Origin: the human T2T-CHM13v2.0 reference genome, Homo sapiens
DNA: 64,000 nt
Strand: one strand, 5' to 3'
NCBI RefSeq assembly: GCF_009914755.1
Contig: NC_060932.1
The translations under genes and the position numbers were made by a program. A model generated the notes under the pieces. It saw nothing but the letters and a program-made list of their open reading frames with translations, did not search any database and was not told the origin of the DNA. The stretch's first letter is position 1. Each line of letters begins with the position of its first letter. Below are positions 1 to 13,982 of this stretch, in pieces.

Positions 1-161
1 ATTGAGCCACTACTGCCTTCTTTCCTCTTCGGCTTGTAGACAGCTTATTGTGGGACTTTGTCTTCTGATTGTATGAGCCAAATCTCTCTTTTAAACTCCC
101 TTTCATATTATATACATATGTTCTATTAGGTCTGTCCCTCTAGAGAAGCCTGACTAATGCA
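1..161 (+). mobile_element. MLT2-family (ERVL) LTR, 3' part, runs off window start
   Basis: Ends in the typical MLT2 terminus TCTGTCCCTCTAGAGAAGCCTGACTAATGCA. Confidence 0.75.
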
Positions 162-3100
162 ATGATCATCAAGAACTTCAACAACAGACTACATGAAGCA
201 GAAGAAAGAATTTCTGAACTTCAGACTAGGCCTTTAAAAATAACCCAGTCAGACCAAAAAAAAAAAAAAAAAAAGGGAAACAGTTTGTGATCTATAGGAT
301 ACCCTTAAGCAAATAATATTTACCTTTTGAGCCTTCCAGAAGAAAAAGAGATGGAAAAGGGTACACAAAACATATTTAATAAAATGATAGCTGAAAACTT
401 CCAAGTCCTGGGAGAGATATAAACATTCTGATACAGGAAGCTAAAAAAGCCTCAAATAGATTCAATCTAAAAAGGTCTCTCTCCAAGGGACAATATAATT
501 AATCTGTCCAAAGTCAAATACAAAAAGAGAATTCTAAAAACAGCAAGAAAAAAGTGTCAAATAACATATAAGGGATTTCCCATCATAATAACAGCAAATT
601 TCTCATCACAAACCTTATAGGCTAGGAGGGACTGGAATAATAGATTTGAAAGGCTAAAAGAAAAAATAAAAAGCTACAATCCATGAATACAGTATTCACA
701 AAGCTATCCTTCGTAAATGAAGGAGGAATAATATTTTTCCAGAGAAGCAAACACTAAGAGGATTCATTACCACTAGATTAGCCCCACAAGAAATGCTTAA
801 GGAAGTCTTATATCTGGAAGCAAGGGATGACATTAACAATCATAAAAACATACAAAAGCATAAAACTCATTGGTAGAGCAGATACACAAGTGAGAATGAA
901 AAAGAAACAAAAGGTTATCTCCATAGGAAAACACCAAACTGCAAAGATAAACAATAAAGAGAAGAAAGGAACAAAGGATATACAAAACAATCAGAGAAAG
1001 ATTAGCAAAAGAGCAACAGTAATTCTTTACCTATCAATAACAACCTTGAATTTAAATAGTTTAAATTCTCCAATTAAAAGATGTAGGCTGGCTGAATGGA
1101 TTTTAAAGAAAGAAAACAAGACCTAGCTATATGCTGCCTATAAGAAACTCATGTCACCTGTAAAGATAACATAGACTGAAAATGAATAGATACAAAAAGA
1201 TATTCCACACAAATGGAAATGAAAAGCATGCAGGAGGAGCTATATAAGACAAAATAAACTTTAAGTGAAAAAATAAAAAAAGAGACCAAAAAGGTCATTA
1301 TATAATGATAAAGGAATAAATTCAGCAGGGGTATATAACAATTGTAATTATAGATAGGTAGATACATAAGTAGGTAGATGGATAGATAGATAGATTGGTC
1401 TAACACTGGAACACCCAGATTTATAAAGCAAATATTAGTAGAACTAAAGTGAAAAAATAGACCCCAATAAAATAACAGTTTGAGGCTTAAGTACCCCACT
1501 CACAGCATTAGACAAAACATCTAGAAAGAAAAATCAACAAAGAAACATTGGGCTTAAACTGTACTATAGACAAAATGGACCTAACAGATATCTACAGAAT
1601 ATTTCATCCATAATGCATATACACATTCTGCAAAATACATATTCCTCTCATCAGCACATGGAACATTATCTAGGACAGACTATATGTTAGGCCACAAAAC
1701 AAGTCTCAACAAATTTAAAAATCTCAAAACCATATCAAGCGTCTTCTCAGACCACAAGAGAATAAAATTAAAAATCAATAACAAGAGGAATTTTGAAACC
1801 TGTGCTAATACATAAAAATTAAACAATGTGTTCCAGAATCACCAATGGGTCTATAAATAAATTCAGAAGAAAATTTTAAAAAAAATTCTAGAAACAAATA
1901 AAAATGGAAACACAACATACCAAAACTTATGAGATACAGCAAAAGCAGTAATGAAAGTTTTAACAATGAATGCCTATATCCAAAAAGGAGACAGATTTCA
2001 AACAAAAAACCTAACATTGTAGCTAAATGAATTAGGAAAGCAGGAACAAGCCAAAATTAAGATAATAGAAGGAAAGAATAATAAAGATCAGAAGAAAACT
2101 AAACCAGAAAGAGACAAAATTAGCAATATATAAATATCAACAAAACAAAAAGTTATTTTTTGAAAAGATAAACAAAATCAACAAACCTTTAGCTAGACTA
2201 TGAAAAAACATAAAGTCCTAAATAAATAAAACAAAAAAGTACACTGATTAGAACTGATAATACAGAAATACAAAGGATCATTAGAGAATATTGTGAATGT
2301 TGGTGTATTAATTATACAGCAACAAATTGGAAAACCCAGAAGAAATGGATAAATTCCTGGGCACATATAACCTACCAAGATTGAGCCAGCAAGAAATAGA
2401 AAAGCTAAATAGACCAATGATGTATAACAAGATTGAATCAATAATAAAGTCCCCCAACAAAGAAAACCTCAGAATCCGATGGCTGTACTGGTGGATTCTA
2501 TCAAACTTTTATAGGGGAACTAACACCATTTTTTTTTCTCAAGTGATAATAAAAAATTGAAGGGAAAGAAATTATTTCTTTGAGACCATTCAGTGAACAC
2601 ATTCTGTGAGGCCAGCATTACTCTGAAACCAAAACCAGACAAGGATGCAACAAGAAGTAAAACTACAGGCCAATGTCTCAAATAAGCTTAGATGCAAAAG
2701 TCCTTAAAATACCAGCAAAGCAAATATGTTCCACGAGAACATAAAAATATAATGAACCAGGACCAAGTGAGATTTATTCCAGGGATGTAAGAATGGCTCA
2801 ACATATGCAAGTCAATAAATGCAATATACCACATGAACAGAGTGAAAGACAAATATATATATATATGATCATCTCAATAGACACAGAAAAAGCATTTAGT
2901 AAAATTCAACACCCCTTCATGATAAAATCTCTCAACAAATTAATACTAGTAAGAATATATGTAAACAATAAATGCAATATATGACAAATCCACAGCTCAC
3001 ATTATATTGAATGGGGAAAAGCAGAAAGATTTTTCACTAAGATCTAACAAGACAGGAATGTCCATTTCACCGCTTTTATTCCACATAGTACTGGAAGTCC

Positions 3101-4273
3101 TAGCCAGAGCAAGGAGGGAAGAGAAAGAAACAAAGGGCATCCGAATTGAAAAAAAAAAAAAAGTCAAATTGTTTTTCTTCGTAGATGACTTGATCTTATG
3201 AAAATAAAAACCTAAAGACCTCCAAAAAATGTCTTAGAACTGGTAAGCAAATTTAGTCAAGTTGCAGGATATGAAATCAACATACAAAAATCAGTAGCAT
3301 TTCTGTATGGAAATAATAAACTAGCTGAAAAAGAAATTTTAAATATAAGCCCATTTATGACAGCTACAAAAATATACCTGGGAAAAAATTTAACCAAGGA
3401 GATGAAATATCTCTATAATAAAACTACAAAATGCTGGAGAAATAAATTGTAAAGAATACACAAAAAAATAGAAAGCCATCCCATGAATTGGAAGAATTTC
3501 TATTGTGAAAGTTGCCATATTACCCAAAGCAATGTACAGATTTATTTCTATCTTTAACAAATTACCATTGCCATTCTTCACAGAAATAGAAAAAAAAAAT
3601 CTCAAAATGCATACATAACTACAAAAGACCTGAATAGTTAAAGTAATCCAGAGCAGAAAGATAAAAGCTGAAGGCATCATACCATCTGACTTCAAAATAT
3701 ACTACGAAGATATAGTAACCAAAGCAGCATGATATTGGGGTAAAAACAGAAACATAGAGCAATGGAGCAAAACAGAGAACACAGAAATAAATCTGTGTAT
3801 ATATAGTCTACTGATTTTTCATAAACAAGCCAGTAAATATATACTGGGGAAAGGATAACCTCTTCAATGGTCCTGGGATTAGTGGATATCCCTATGCAGA
3901 AAAATGAAACTACATCCCTTTTCTTGTCATATACAAAAACCAACTTATGACAAATTAAAGACTTAAATGAAAGACCTAAAACTACAAAACTATTGGAAGA
4001 AAAATCCAAAAAATCCTTCAAAACGTTGGTCTAGACAAAGATATTATTGGGTAAGATTTAAAAGCACAGGCAACAGAAATAGAAATAGACAAGTGGAACT
4101 ATATCAAACTAATATGATTCTGTATAGCAAAAGAAACAATAAATAGAGTGAAGAGACAACCTGTAGAATGGAAGAGAATATCTGAAACTATTCATTCAAC
4201 AAGGAACTAATATCCACAATATACAATGAACTCAACTCAACAGTAACAAAACAAATAATTCAATTAAAAAAAA

Positions 4274-4634
<361 letters not shown>

Positions 4635-4693
4635 TCATTACGGCTAATCATCAGGAAAACGAAAATCAAAACCACAGTGAGATGTTATCTCAC

Positions 4694-5000
4694 AGCTGAG
4701 TGAGGTGGTTCACACCTATAATCCCAGGAATTTGGGAGGCGGAGGCAGGAAGATTGCTTAAGGCCAGGATTTGAGATCAACTTTGACAACATAGTGAGAT
4801 GCTTATCTCTGCAAAATAAAATATTAAATAATTAGCCAGTTGTAGTGGTGCTCACTTGTAGTCCCAGCTACTCAGGATGCTGGACTGAAAGGATTGCTTG
4901 AGCCCAAGATTTTGAAGTTACGGTAAACTATGATCATGCCATTGCACTCCATCTTGGGAGACAGAGCAAGAACTTGTCGCAAAAAAATAAAAATAAAAAG
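4694..5000 (+). mobile_element. AluJ element inserted in L1
   Basis: AluJ-type motifs (GATTGCTTGAGCCC, AACATAGTGAGA, CTATGATCATGCC); TATCTCAC repeated on both sides. Confidence 0.9.
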
Positions 5001-7159
5001 ACAGGAGGAAAATTAAAAGATATCTCACCCCAGTTAGAATGGCTACTATCATAAAACAGAAAAGAACAAATTCTGCAGAGGATGCAGAGATAAAAAATTT
5101 CATACATTGATACACTGATAGTGGGATTATACATTAGTACAGCATTTATGGAAAACACTTTAAAGCTTTCTCAAAAATTAAAAATAGAACTACCATATAA
5201 TCCAGCAATCCCACAATCCCACTACTGAGCCTTTATCCAAAGGAAACAAAATAGTATATTCAATAGATGTATGTACCCCCATGTTTACTGCACCATTATT
5301 CACAAGAGTAAAGATATGAAATCAACCTAAATGTCCATCAACAGGTGAATGGATAAAGAAATGTTATATGTACACACAGTGAATACTATTCATCCATTTA
5401 AAAAACAAAACACTGTTATTCATGGCAACATAGATAAACCTAGAGGACGCTGTGTTAAGTTAAATAAGTCAGGCACAGAAAGATAAACAGCACATGTTTT
5501 CACTTATACGTGGGAGCCAAAAATAGTTGAGGTCATAGAAGTATACAGCAAAATTGTGGTCATTAGAGGGGAGGAGAGGGAGACATTGGTTAATGAGCAA
5601 TTACAGATAGAAGAACTAATTTCTGATGTTCAATAGCACTGTAGCATGGATATCGTTAACAATGATTCATTGTACATTTTAAAAATATTAGAATAGAAGA
5701 TTTTGAATGTTCCCAATACAAATAAAAGATAAACATTTTAGGTGATGGATATGCTATTTACCCTGATTTGATCATTACACATTGCACACGTGTATCAGAA
5801 CTTCACTCTGAATCCCATAAATATGTAGAAGTATTATGTGTCAACTAAAAAGAAAAAGAAGAAAATAAGTAAACATCGGTTAAAAAATGTAAAACAGTGC
5901 CAAGCACTTACATAATGCTATATAAGTTTGCTATTATTTCCTGGAATGTTTGTTACTGTAAAAAAGGGAAAAGGTAAACAAATCCTTCTCTCTGTTCCTA
6001 GAGATACAGTCCAGGTGTTGCTGGAAATCTGGTCTACTTTTCATGAGAAGGAAGCAAGTCTTTACTAAGACAGACCACAGGATGAACAGAGAAAGTATTC
6101 GAACTACTTGATAGATAGAAGTAGAGTCGAAAGTTATCTAGCCTCCTTTTCTCACCCCTATGATTCCTGGACCACACTATTTTCCATTATTTGATGTCTA
6201 ATTATTCAATAATTATTTTTGTTTAGTGAGCTACTCAATAGTCCTTACAATAAATACCCTTAATTTGTTTGACTAAGGGAGATTTATTTGAAGAAATAAA
6301 GTGTGATACCCAATGTGGTGCTAATACAGACGGTGTTACACAGATAATGAAGAGGAGATGGAGTTACATCACTGAGCATATGGCGTAATCACAATCATGA
6401 TTTAGAAAATTTACTCTGGAAGCAGGGAGGCAGAAAGGCAAGACAAAAAGCTACTGCAGGGGTCAGTGAGATGTGGGGCGAGGGTCTGACCTGCAACCAT
6501 GAGAGGAGGCCAGAAAGGCAGGGACATGTTGTAGGTAGAGCTGATGAAATATGACAAATATTTGGAAGATGTTTGGGAGAATTTAGTAGAAATCCATCAT
6601 TTATGAATGTTCTAAATCGTGTGAACCCCTTTCCATGTTTTGGTAGGACACTATGTTAATGGAAACTCATGCATATCTGAGCTATGTTCTTGATTTTCAG
6701 GTTTTCTTGCAGCGATCAGGGAACTATGAAACACAAAGACCGAGTTCTAATATGTACAAGTTTCAGTTAATATAATGTTATGGAAAGTAAGAACTGCCTG
6801 TGTACATGTGCATACTGCATTCCTAAATTTCATGCTACTAGTGTGCAGGTATGAGATGTTGGTTGTTCCAGCTTGATCTTCTCTAGGAGTCTTTGATTTG
6901 GAAGTAAGCTTTTTGAAAATATAGATTAAGCATAGGGCATTGATTCTTTTGACACAGTAGCATATATAATATACTGCAGAGGGTCTCTAGAATTAGAGGT
7001 AATGCATAACATTGCTCAATTTTCTACTAGAGCAGAGAAATTCTCTATTGGGGGTTTAGCAAAGATAGTACCCTTACAATACCAGATTGTGGGGGGGCAT
7101 TGTTTCTCAAAGCCCTGGTTTTATATATATATATATATATTCATAAGTCCATCCTAGAT

Positions 7160-7495
7160 ATTCTGTGAACTACCAAATATCCCTTAGCAGCATGTATCAT
7201 AGGTTCAGGGACAGGAAGGAACAGTCTGCCCCAGATTCAGGAAATAAGCAGATACAATATTTAAAGAGAATTTAAAATCAATAATGAAATTAACCAAAAG
7301 TTAGCCTGCTTTTTATTATCATCACATGTCATCAATTCCAAACAATCTCAGTGTTAAACTACTCCTCCTCCCTGGAAAAAGTATTCCCTACAGACATCCC
7401 CCGACCCTGTTATGTCAGTGTCCCTTAATAAATTCCTTCCATATAAAATTGCTAGAGTACATTCTGCTACCTGTAGCTTAGAACTTTGGCCAATA
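7160..7495 (+). mobile_element. Old MLT1 (MaLR) LTR 3' fragment split by a hAT element
   Basis: ...AATAAATTCCTT...GCTAGAGT...TTCTGCTACCTGTAGCTTAGAAC resembles an MLT1 3' end. Confidence 0.5.
7188..7420 (+). mobile_element. Non-autonomous hAT DNA transposon (Tip100 group, Arthur1-like)
   Basis: 8-bp TSD TCCCTTAG (7180-7187) / TCCCTTAA (7421-7428); degenerate termini; internal AGAGAATTTAAAA...CTGCTTTTTATTATCA motif. Confidence 0.65.
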
Positions 7496-8629
7496 GAGAG
7501 GAAGAGGTGTTAACAAGTCTTAGTTGTCAAGTCTAAGCAGCAGGAAAAGAGATTATGACATTAGCTAGTTGGGTGAAACTGGTTTGGAAGAATGATTATG
7601 AGTAGTTTTAGACAATTACGTTTAAGGTAATTGTGACCTATGCAGAGAAATACTCACATGAAAATTAGGAGAAAGAACAATGCTGAACCATTGCTATGAA
7701 AATGCAGTAGCAGATTAATCATTTTACCAGTGTTGCAGTTGTAATGCAAATGTGCTTAATATATGCTGGACATTGTACTACTGGTATCTTTATACTTTTA
7801 CATATTTATATTAAATACATATTTAATCAAATATCAATATTTATTACATGATATAGGCGTATTTTTAATTCTTTTCGTTAATGTTTTCTTGTGTTTCTCA
7901 CTTTTTCCCTATTTAGGAAAACTGAAGGAATAGAAAGAGATTGAGAATCCTTGCACAAGACTACTTAGCAAGAACAGGCTAATGCCAGATTTTAAGCAAG
8001 GTCTGATTGACTCTAAAACCTATGCCTATAGGGAGACAGACTGTAGACAAGATTTCTAAGCAAAGGTTGGGTTTTGAAATAAGGTGGGAAAATGGGAAAT
8101 ATAATAGCAAACTAGGCTGTAAGTATTGACTTAAGAAGATATAGATGAAGAAGGTAAGTTTGGAAGAGTGAAGGTCACCCCTCTTTGAAGTAAGATTCAT
8201 TCCTTTATTCAACATTTACTGAAAAATATGCCAATCTAGTGCCAGTCCCTGGAGTTGTGGAGGTGACAAACTATAGTTCTGCTCTTAGGAAGACTATGGT
8301 CTATGGGTGGACACAGACTCTCAGAGAGAACCCATTACAATGCTTCAGTGAGTGTTAGGAAAGTACAAGTTCCCAAGGGCTACAAGAACCTCAGAGGAGG
8401 GCTAGCTCCAGGCTTTCTGCAGGATGTTCTCAAGGAGTCTTAATGGCCAGGAAGAATTAGCCCTCCCAGAAGCTTGAGAAGCACTGATGCTCAAGGATCA
8501 TGACTAAAGGCATGGAAGGAGGAGGTAGCAGAGAGTGGACAATGGGAACAGAAAGCTACTTGGTGTTCCTGGACCATTAAATGCAAAACCACAGATACCC
8601 ACGAAAATTAATGCTTGAAACCAAGGAAG

Positions 8630-8896
8630 CTTTGGTTCTATTTCATACTGGCTATTTTGGAGCTAAGTGATGAGAACACATGGACACAAAGAGGGGAACA
8701 ACACACACTGGGGCCTATTGGAGGGTGGAGGGTGAGAAGAAGGAGAGGATCAGGAAAAATAACTAATGGATACTAGGCAGCATACCTTGGTGATGAAACA
8801 GTCTGTACAACAAACCGCCATGACACAAGTTTACCTATATAACAAACCTGCTCATGTACCCCCGAACTTAAATAAAAGTTAAATAAAAAAAAAAAA
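8630..8896 (+). mobile_element. 5'-truncated L1PA13-16-like 3' end with poly(A)
   Basis: GAGAACACATGGACACAAAGAGGGGAACAACACACACTGGGGCC...; TSD AAACCAAGGAAG (8618-8629) / AAAGCAAGGAAG (8894-8905). Confidence 0.9.
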
Positions 8897-9157
8897 GCAA
8901 GGAAGGGAAACTACTGTTTATGGAAAACCTATTGTATACCTGCCAGAAACAACTTCCCCGGTCTGGTTTAAGTAATAAGAATAGTTAACACTTTCTGAGC
9001 ACTTAGTATTTCCAATTTTGTATTGAGACTTTTCCTGTCTCAATTGCATTAGCATTACATCAGTGTATTGTCTTAACCCAGAATATTTCTGAAGTATGAT
9101 CTGCAGTGGCTGAATTTTATTCCATTGGATGAATGGATGTTTGCTAGTATGACAACT

Positions 9158-9330
9158 ATTTATTAAGTGCTTATCACATGCCAACTACCATTCTAAGTAA
9201 TTCATGTAAATTTGCTTCCTTAATATTCATAAAAATGCATATGATCTAGGCTTTCTATCATTCTCCTTTTACAGATGAAGAGGCTTTGACACAGAAGTTA
9301 AGTCACTTGCCTGTGTCACTTGGCTAAACA
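9158..9330 (-). mobile_element. MIR SINE fragment
   Basis: Core-like TTTTACAGATGAAG...AAGTTAAGTCACTTGCC. Confidence 0.7.
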
Positions 9331-9467
9331 TTGTCTGAGCCTTCTTTCAGGGCTAGGAATGCGGCTGAGCATCTGATCTCTTTATCTCAGCTCTCAGCCT
9401 TAAGTGAGCTCCTTTTACTCCCCTGGAACAAGTGGCCTACACCTACCTGTATCCATAACTTCCATGG

Positions 9468-9899
9468 TGTCTTAGCCTGATTTAGTGTTGCTAGAAAGAT
9501 TAGTACTGACTAATTATAAATAAGAGAGGTTTATTTTGCTCACGGTCCTGCAGGTTGTACAAGAAGCATGGCACTGCCATCTGCTTCTGGTGAGGGCCTC
9601 AGGTTTCTTTTACTCAATGCCAGAGAGCAAACAGGAGCAGCTGTGTGAAGAGATTATATGGCAAGGGAGAAGAAGTGAGAGAGGAGAAGAAGGAGGTACC
9701 TTTTGAACAACCAGTCATTGCAAGAACTAAGAGTGCAAACTCACTCCTGTGAGAATAGCACCAAGCCACTCATGAGGGATCCACTCCCATGATCCAAACA
9801 TCTCCCACCGGATCCTACCTCCAACACTGGGCGGCAAGGGGCTGATTTCAACATAATCGAATTTGATAGGGCCAAACAAACCATATTCAAACCACAACA
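9468..9899 (-). mobile_element. MST-family (MaLR) solo LTR
   Basis: TGTCTTAG... to ...CAAACCACAACA termini; CATCTGCTTCTGGTGAGGGCCTCAGG motif. Confidence 0.85.
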
Positions 9900-9904
9900 C
9901 ACAC

Positions 9905-10005
9905 TGTGAGCTCATGAGTGCAGGGGCTCAGCTGTTTCTATGGAACTCCTGGTACCCAGCTCCAGGCCTAACACAAAGTAAGTATTCAATAGGAGTTTGA
10001 ATAAA
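9905..10005 (+). mobile_element. L2 3' end fragment
   Basis: GTGAGCTCATGAG...GCCTAACACAAAGTAAGTATTCAATA. Confidence 0.55.
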
Positions 10006-10914
10006 GAGTGCCATGATAAAAAATCACCATACCAAAAATGCACATCTGAAAGTGACTCCACAAGTTGCTGAGCCCCACAATATGATGAAAGAGTCCTTCT
10101 TGCACCCCTTGGTAAAGAATGCCTGCACTTTTGTGGCTCAGAGTAATAGAAAGTCCCAGGGAAGCTTTATGAACTTCACTCGTAGAATCATTCTCAATTT
10201 GGAAATCACTCCCTTTTTTGCTTCTATATTTAGTCCTCTGCTTTTGGCTGCAGAGACTTGATAAAACTCATTTTCAAGTGACCCTCAAGCACTGGATTGA
10301 AAAATACATCAGTTCAGCTTTGTTTTTAGCTCTTTATTTTCCTCTTTAACAATGTAAACATGAATGTTTTCTCTTTTAATACTGACCGCAACCATTTGGG
10401 ACTATTTTTATACTTGAGGATACTGAAGCACAAAATGTATAATTAATTTGTTCAAAGCCTCACAGCTACTGGTATGTGGCAATGGAAAGTATAGAATTCC
10501 ACTCAAAAGATCAGCATTTTACCAGGGATAAAACATATATTAATGACCTCAGAACCACCTGGGCATTTGTTGAAATGCACCAGTGGTGAGTCCACTCCAG
10601 ATGTGCTAACTTTGGGTTTCAGTATCTTTGGCTTTGAGGTCTGGGAATTACATTTTTAGCAAGCTCTTTCAATGGTTCTCATGCGTCCTAAAATTGGTAA
10701 GGATTTCTTTGATCAAGTCGCTGAAATGACATCTAGGAACTCTGACTCTCCCTTATTGGCCATAACATGTAATTTTCCTCCTTTTATTCCTTAGATCAAA
10801 TTATGTGCCTCTCAAATCCTAAAGTGCAAGACAATGTGTCTGGATATCTGTTAAACTACAGATTCTGATGCAGGAGGTCTCCAGTGGGACACGAGCTCCC
10901 AGGAAGTGGTTCAC

Positions 10915-11295
10915 TCTGGCAGACCCAGGTGCTGCTCAGATCCCCCTTCAAGAAAAGACTCACTACCCATTGCTGAAGAATGTGGCCACCTGGTAGCCAC
11001 CAGCACTAGCTTCATCAAAGTCCACCTCAACTCCAAATGAAGTTGTAGCACTCCCATTCAATGAGGGAGCATGGTGTTGGGACAAGGTTCTGGCTATTTC
11101 TAATCACAGTAAGATTCCAGGGTGCAGAGTCCTTTTTCCATGGACTCCCATTGGATTGGCAGAGATTTTGCTGTATGTGCTGTGAAGGTCTCGCCGACCT
11201 TCTCAGCCCCTCTCTTTTCCTTGCATAGGTGTTACTCTTTTTTCACTCTGAAATTTATGTTTGCACTTGCCTTCTGGAGAACCTAGAAGGCACAT
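10915..11295 (+). mobile_element. Old ERVL LTR (LTR16-like) within a MER5-like relic
   Basis: GGCAGACCCAGGTGCTGCTCAGATCCCCCTTCA start; CTTCTGGAGAACC end. Confidence 0.4.
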
Positions 11296-13289
11296 CTATC
11301 ACCCAAACTTTGAGTAACAAGGAGCCTACATCTTGGTTTCCAAACTTTGAAGCAGCCAAAGGCAGTTGTTCCATCCCTAGTGGACTGATCTTATCTCCAA
11401 AATCAGGGAACAGACTAAGATGAGCTTAAAACAGAGAAAAGGAGGAGGCCTAATTCATCACTCTTCTTAACTGTCATGGTTTATTTGGACCCAGCGCTGA
11501 CCTAGGTTTGTTCCCTGATTCCTGAAAGCTAACCTCCTCTTTTCTGCCCTTTGCAGGGGATTCGTATAAGCAATGACAGTTTTTTACAAATAAAATCTCA
11601 CCACAAAATAAATAATCACAATAGATTTATATAAAGCAGTTTGGGCTAAAGTTGGAGATGGGCACAGAGCCGAGCCTGCTGTCCACCTCCAATCATGAAG
11701 TTTGTTCTCAGGGCCTTAGGCTCAGTGTGTACCATTTGAAAAACAATTCTTTTCCCATGCTGGCTCTCAGTATAACAGGCTGGAATAATTTTTTCACAGC
11801 TTCCTAATAGATACCTTACTTGAAAATGCTATTTAAGTCAAAACCACCAGTTTCCTCTCAATGAATTAAAAGGTAATGCAGTTTTAATTTTAAGCCCAAT
11901 TATATCTTTTGAGATGAACGGTACAGGGCTAATCCTTGTTTAGGGCCAAAAGGGAGTGATAAATCATTTACTTACATGATCAGATTGCTTCCATGCTCCT
12001 CTGGGCCGCTCAGAAAACAGAAATGAGTCGTTAATACCGGCCTCTTCGGTGAAAAATGAAATGGAAGGGAAAGTCATGGTAGATGTTGCCTGTATCAGTC
12101 AGGATATTTAAGTTATACTGTGGTTAAATAAAATGTCAGTGAATTATGCCAGCACCACCGTTATTCTTATTCATGCCTCATGTCAATCCAGCTTATTGAG
12201 GGATCCTGCCTCCTGCAGTTATTCAAGTACCCACTGACACAGACTCCAATTTGATACACACTTGGAGGTCATGGCCATGAAGGGAGGCAGATGTGGTGAA
12301 TATGGTAGAAAGCTTCCATTGATAACTTATAGGCCTCTACCAGTCACATGGATAAGACAAACTTTCAGAGGTAGGGAAGAGCAATCTAATACTGTATTCC
12401 TAGAAAGAGAACTGGAAAAATACATCAAATAAAAATCACCAATGTTTCCAATGGCTATTGCACTGTCTTTTAGCCTCCGCACAAGATTTCCAAGTAAGGA
12501 TGAGGCTGAGAGCAGAAGTAACATGTATTACTAAGCATCAAGTTTGGGTAGGCACTTTGAGATATAAAACCCTCAACAATGTTTTGGGATAGGTAAAATT
12601 TCCTATTTTACATTTTCTATGGCCCAGAGAAGTGCAAGGCTTTTCCTAAGATGAAAGAGCCAGTGCATGAAATCAGGATCCTCATCCAGAAATGTCTGAC
12701 CCGGAAGCCCACATTTGTTTCACTATTCAGTGCTGCATACTGCCTATGGAGATGTTCACCCTACATTGAATAAATCACAGTCCTTGAGGCTGGAGTGCCA
12801 TGAAATTGAACCTAGAGAGAAAGGGAAAAAGGGAATAATCAGGCAGAATGAATTTAATTTTTTTTTCCAAAGAATAGATTAATCTAAAGTAGCTTAAGTG
12901 TGCATATCTGCAATAATAATGAACAATTATTGCCTTTGTACTAAGTGTCTAAGCCAACAAAATGTATTTTGTAGCTACCCCAAGAAATAGTACATGCAAA
13001 ACACATTTTGTTAGCTTACACACATAGTAATTACCTCTTTGTAACAGAGTTAATTATCTCTGTAACCCCATGAGATAAATTCAAATTTTAGTTCTGCTGC
13101 ATACTAGTGCTATGATCTGGACATATTTATTAAAGTCTTTGAACTTTAATTCCCCTAGTTATTCAATGGAAATATTCATACTTTCTACATACTTTACTTG
13201 GAGAATAAAATGAAAACGAAAATGTAAATGGGATGTTATACCTAAACGACATTAAACACACTAGATGCTAAGTAAAGATAGGCAGGGAT

Positions 13290-13530
13290 CGTGTGAGCAA
13301 GTAAACAGCACAGGCTTTGGGGTAAGATACAGCTTAAATTCAAATCTCCGCCCTTTGTATTTGGCTGCTTGGGTAAATGGCTTAACTCCTGTGGCTTTCC
13401 TGAGTTAGTGAAGTCTGTTGTAAAATGGGGATAGTAATTTCTGTCTGAAGGGATGTTGTGGGTAATGCATAAGGTGCCATAAGTGAAATTTTGTAGGGAA
13501 TAATGATACTCAGCAAATGGTGCTGCCTTG
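13290..13530 (+). mobile_element. MIR SINE fragment
   Basis: GCACAGGCTTTGG...TTCAAATC...TGTAAAATGGGGATAGTAAT. Confidence 0.65.
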
Positions 13531-13554
13531 TAATTCCCTTGCCAATCACAGACT

Positions 13555-13937
13555 CATAATGTGAATGTGTCCACCAAAGTTCTTGCATTGGAAACTTAAT
13601 CCACAATTGAACAGTGTCAGGAGGTGGGGACCCTGATGAAATGTTTAAGTCGTGACAGCGTCACCCTCCTGAATGCATTAACGCTGCTATTAAAAGTGCT
13701 TATGGGGGTTGGGTTCTCTCTCTTCTGCCAAGTGGGAACACGGCTTTTTGTCTCTGTCTTGCCCTTCCACCTTCCCTCACACACCTTCTGGTATGTGAGG
13801 GCACAGTAAGAAGGCACTTGTCAGAAGATAGCACCTCGATCTTGGACTTCTCATTCTTCAGAACTATAATAAATAAATTTTTCCTTGTAAATTGCCCAGT
13901 CTGCAGTGTTCTGTTACAGCAGCACAAGACTAAGACA
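13555..13937 (+). mobile_element. MSTD-like (MaLR) solo LTR
   Basis: GAATGTGTCCACCAAAGTTC...GGAAACTTAATCC; ends GACTAAGACA. Confidence 0.85.
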
Positions 13938-13982
13938 CAATGATTTTGAGAGAATATTCTCCCAAGTCCTCTGGAAGTCTTT

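Noticed and set aside
6690-6860. Possible + strand exon (TTTTCTTGCAG acceptor, GTAAG/GTATG donors)
   Set aside because: No supported reading frame or other evidence.
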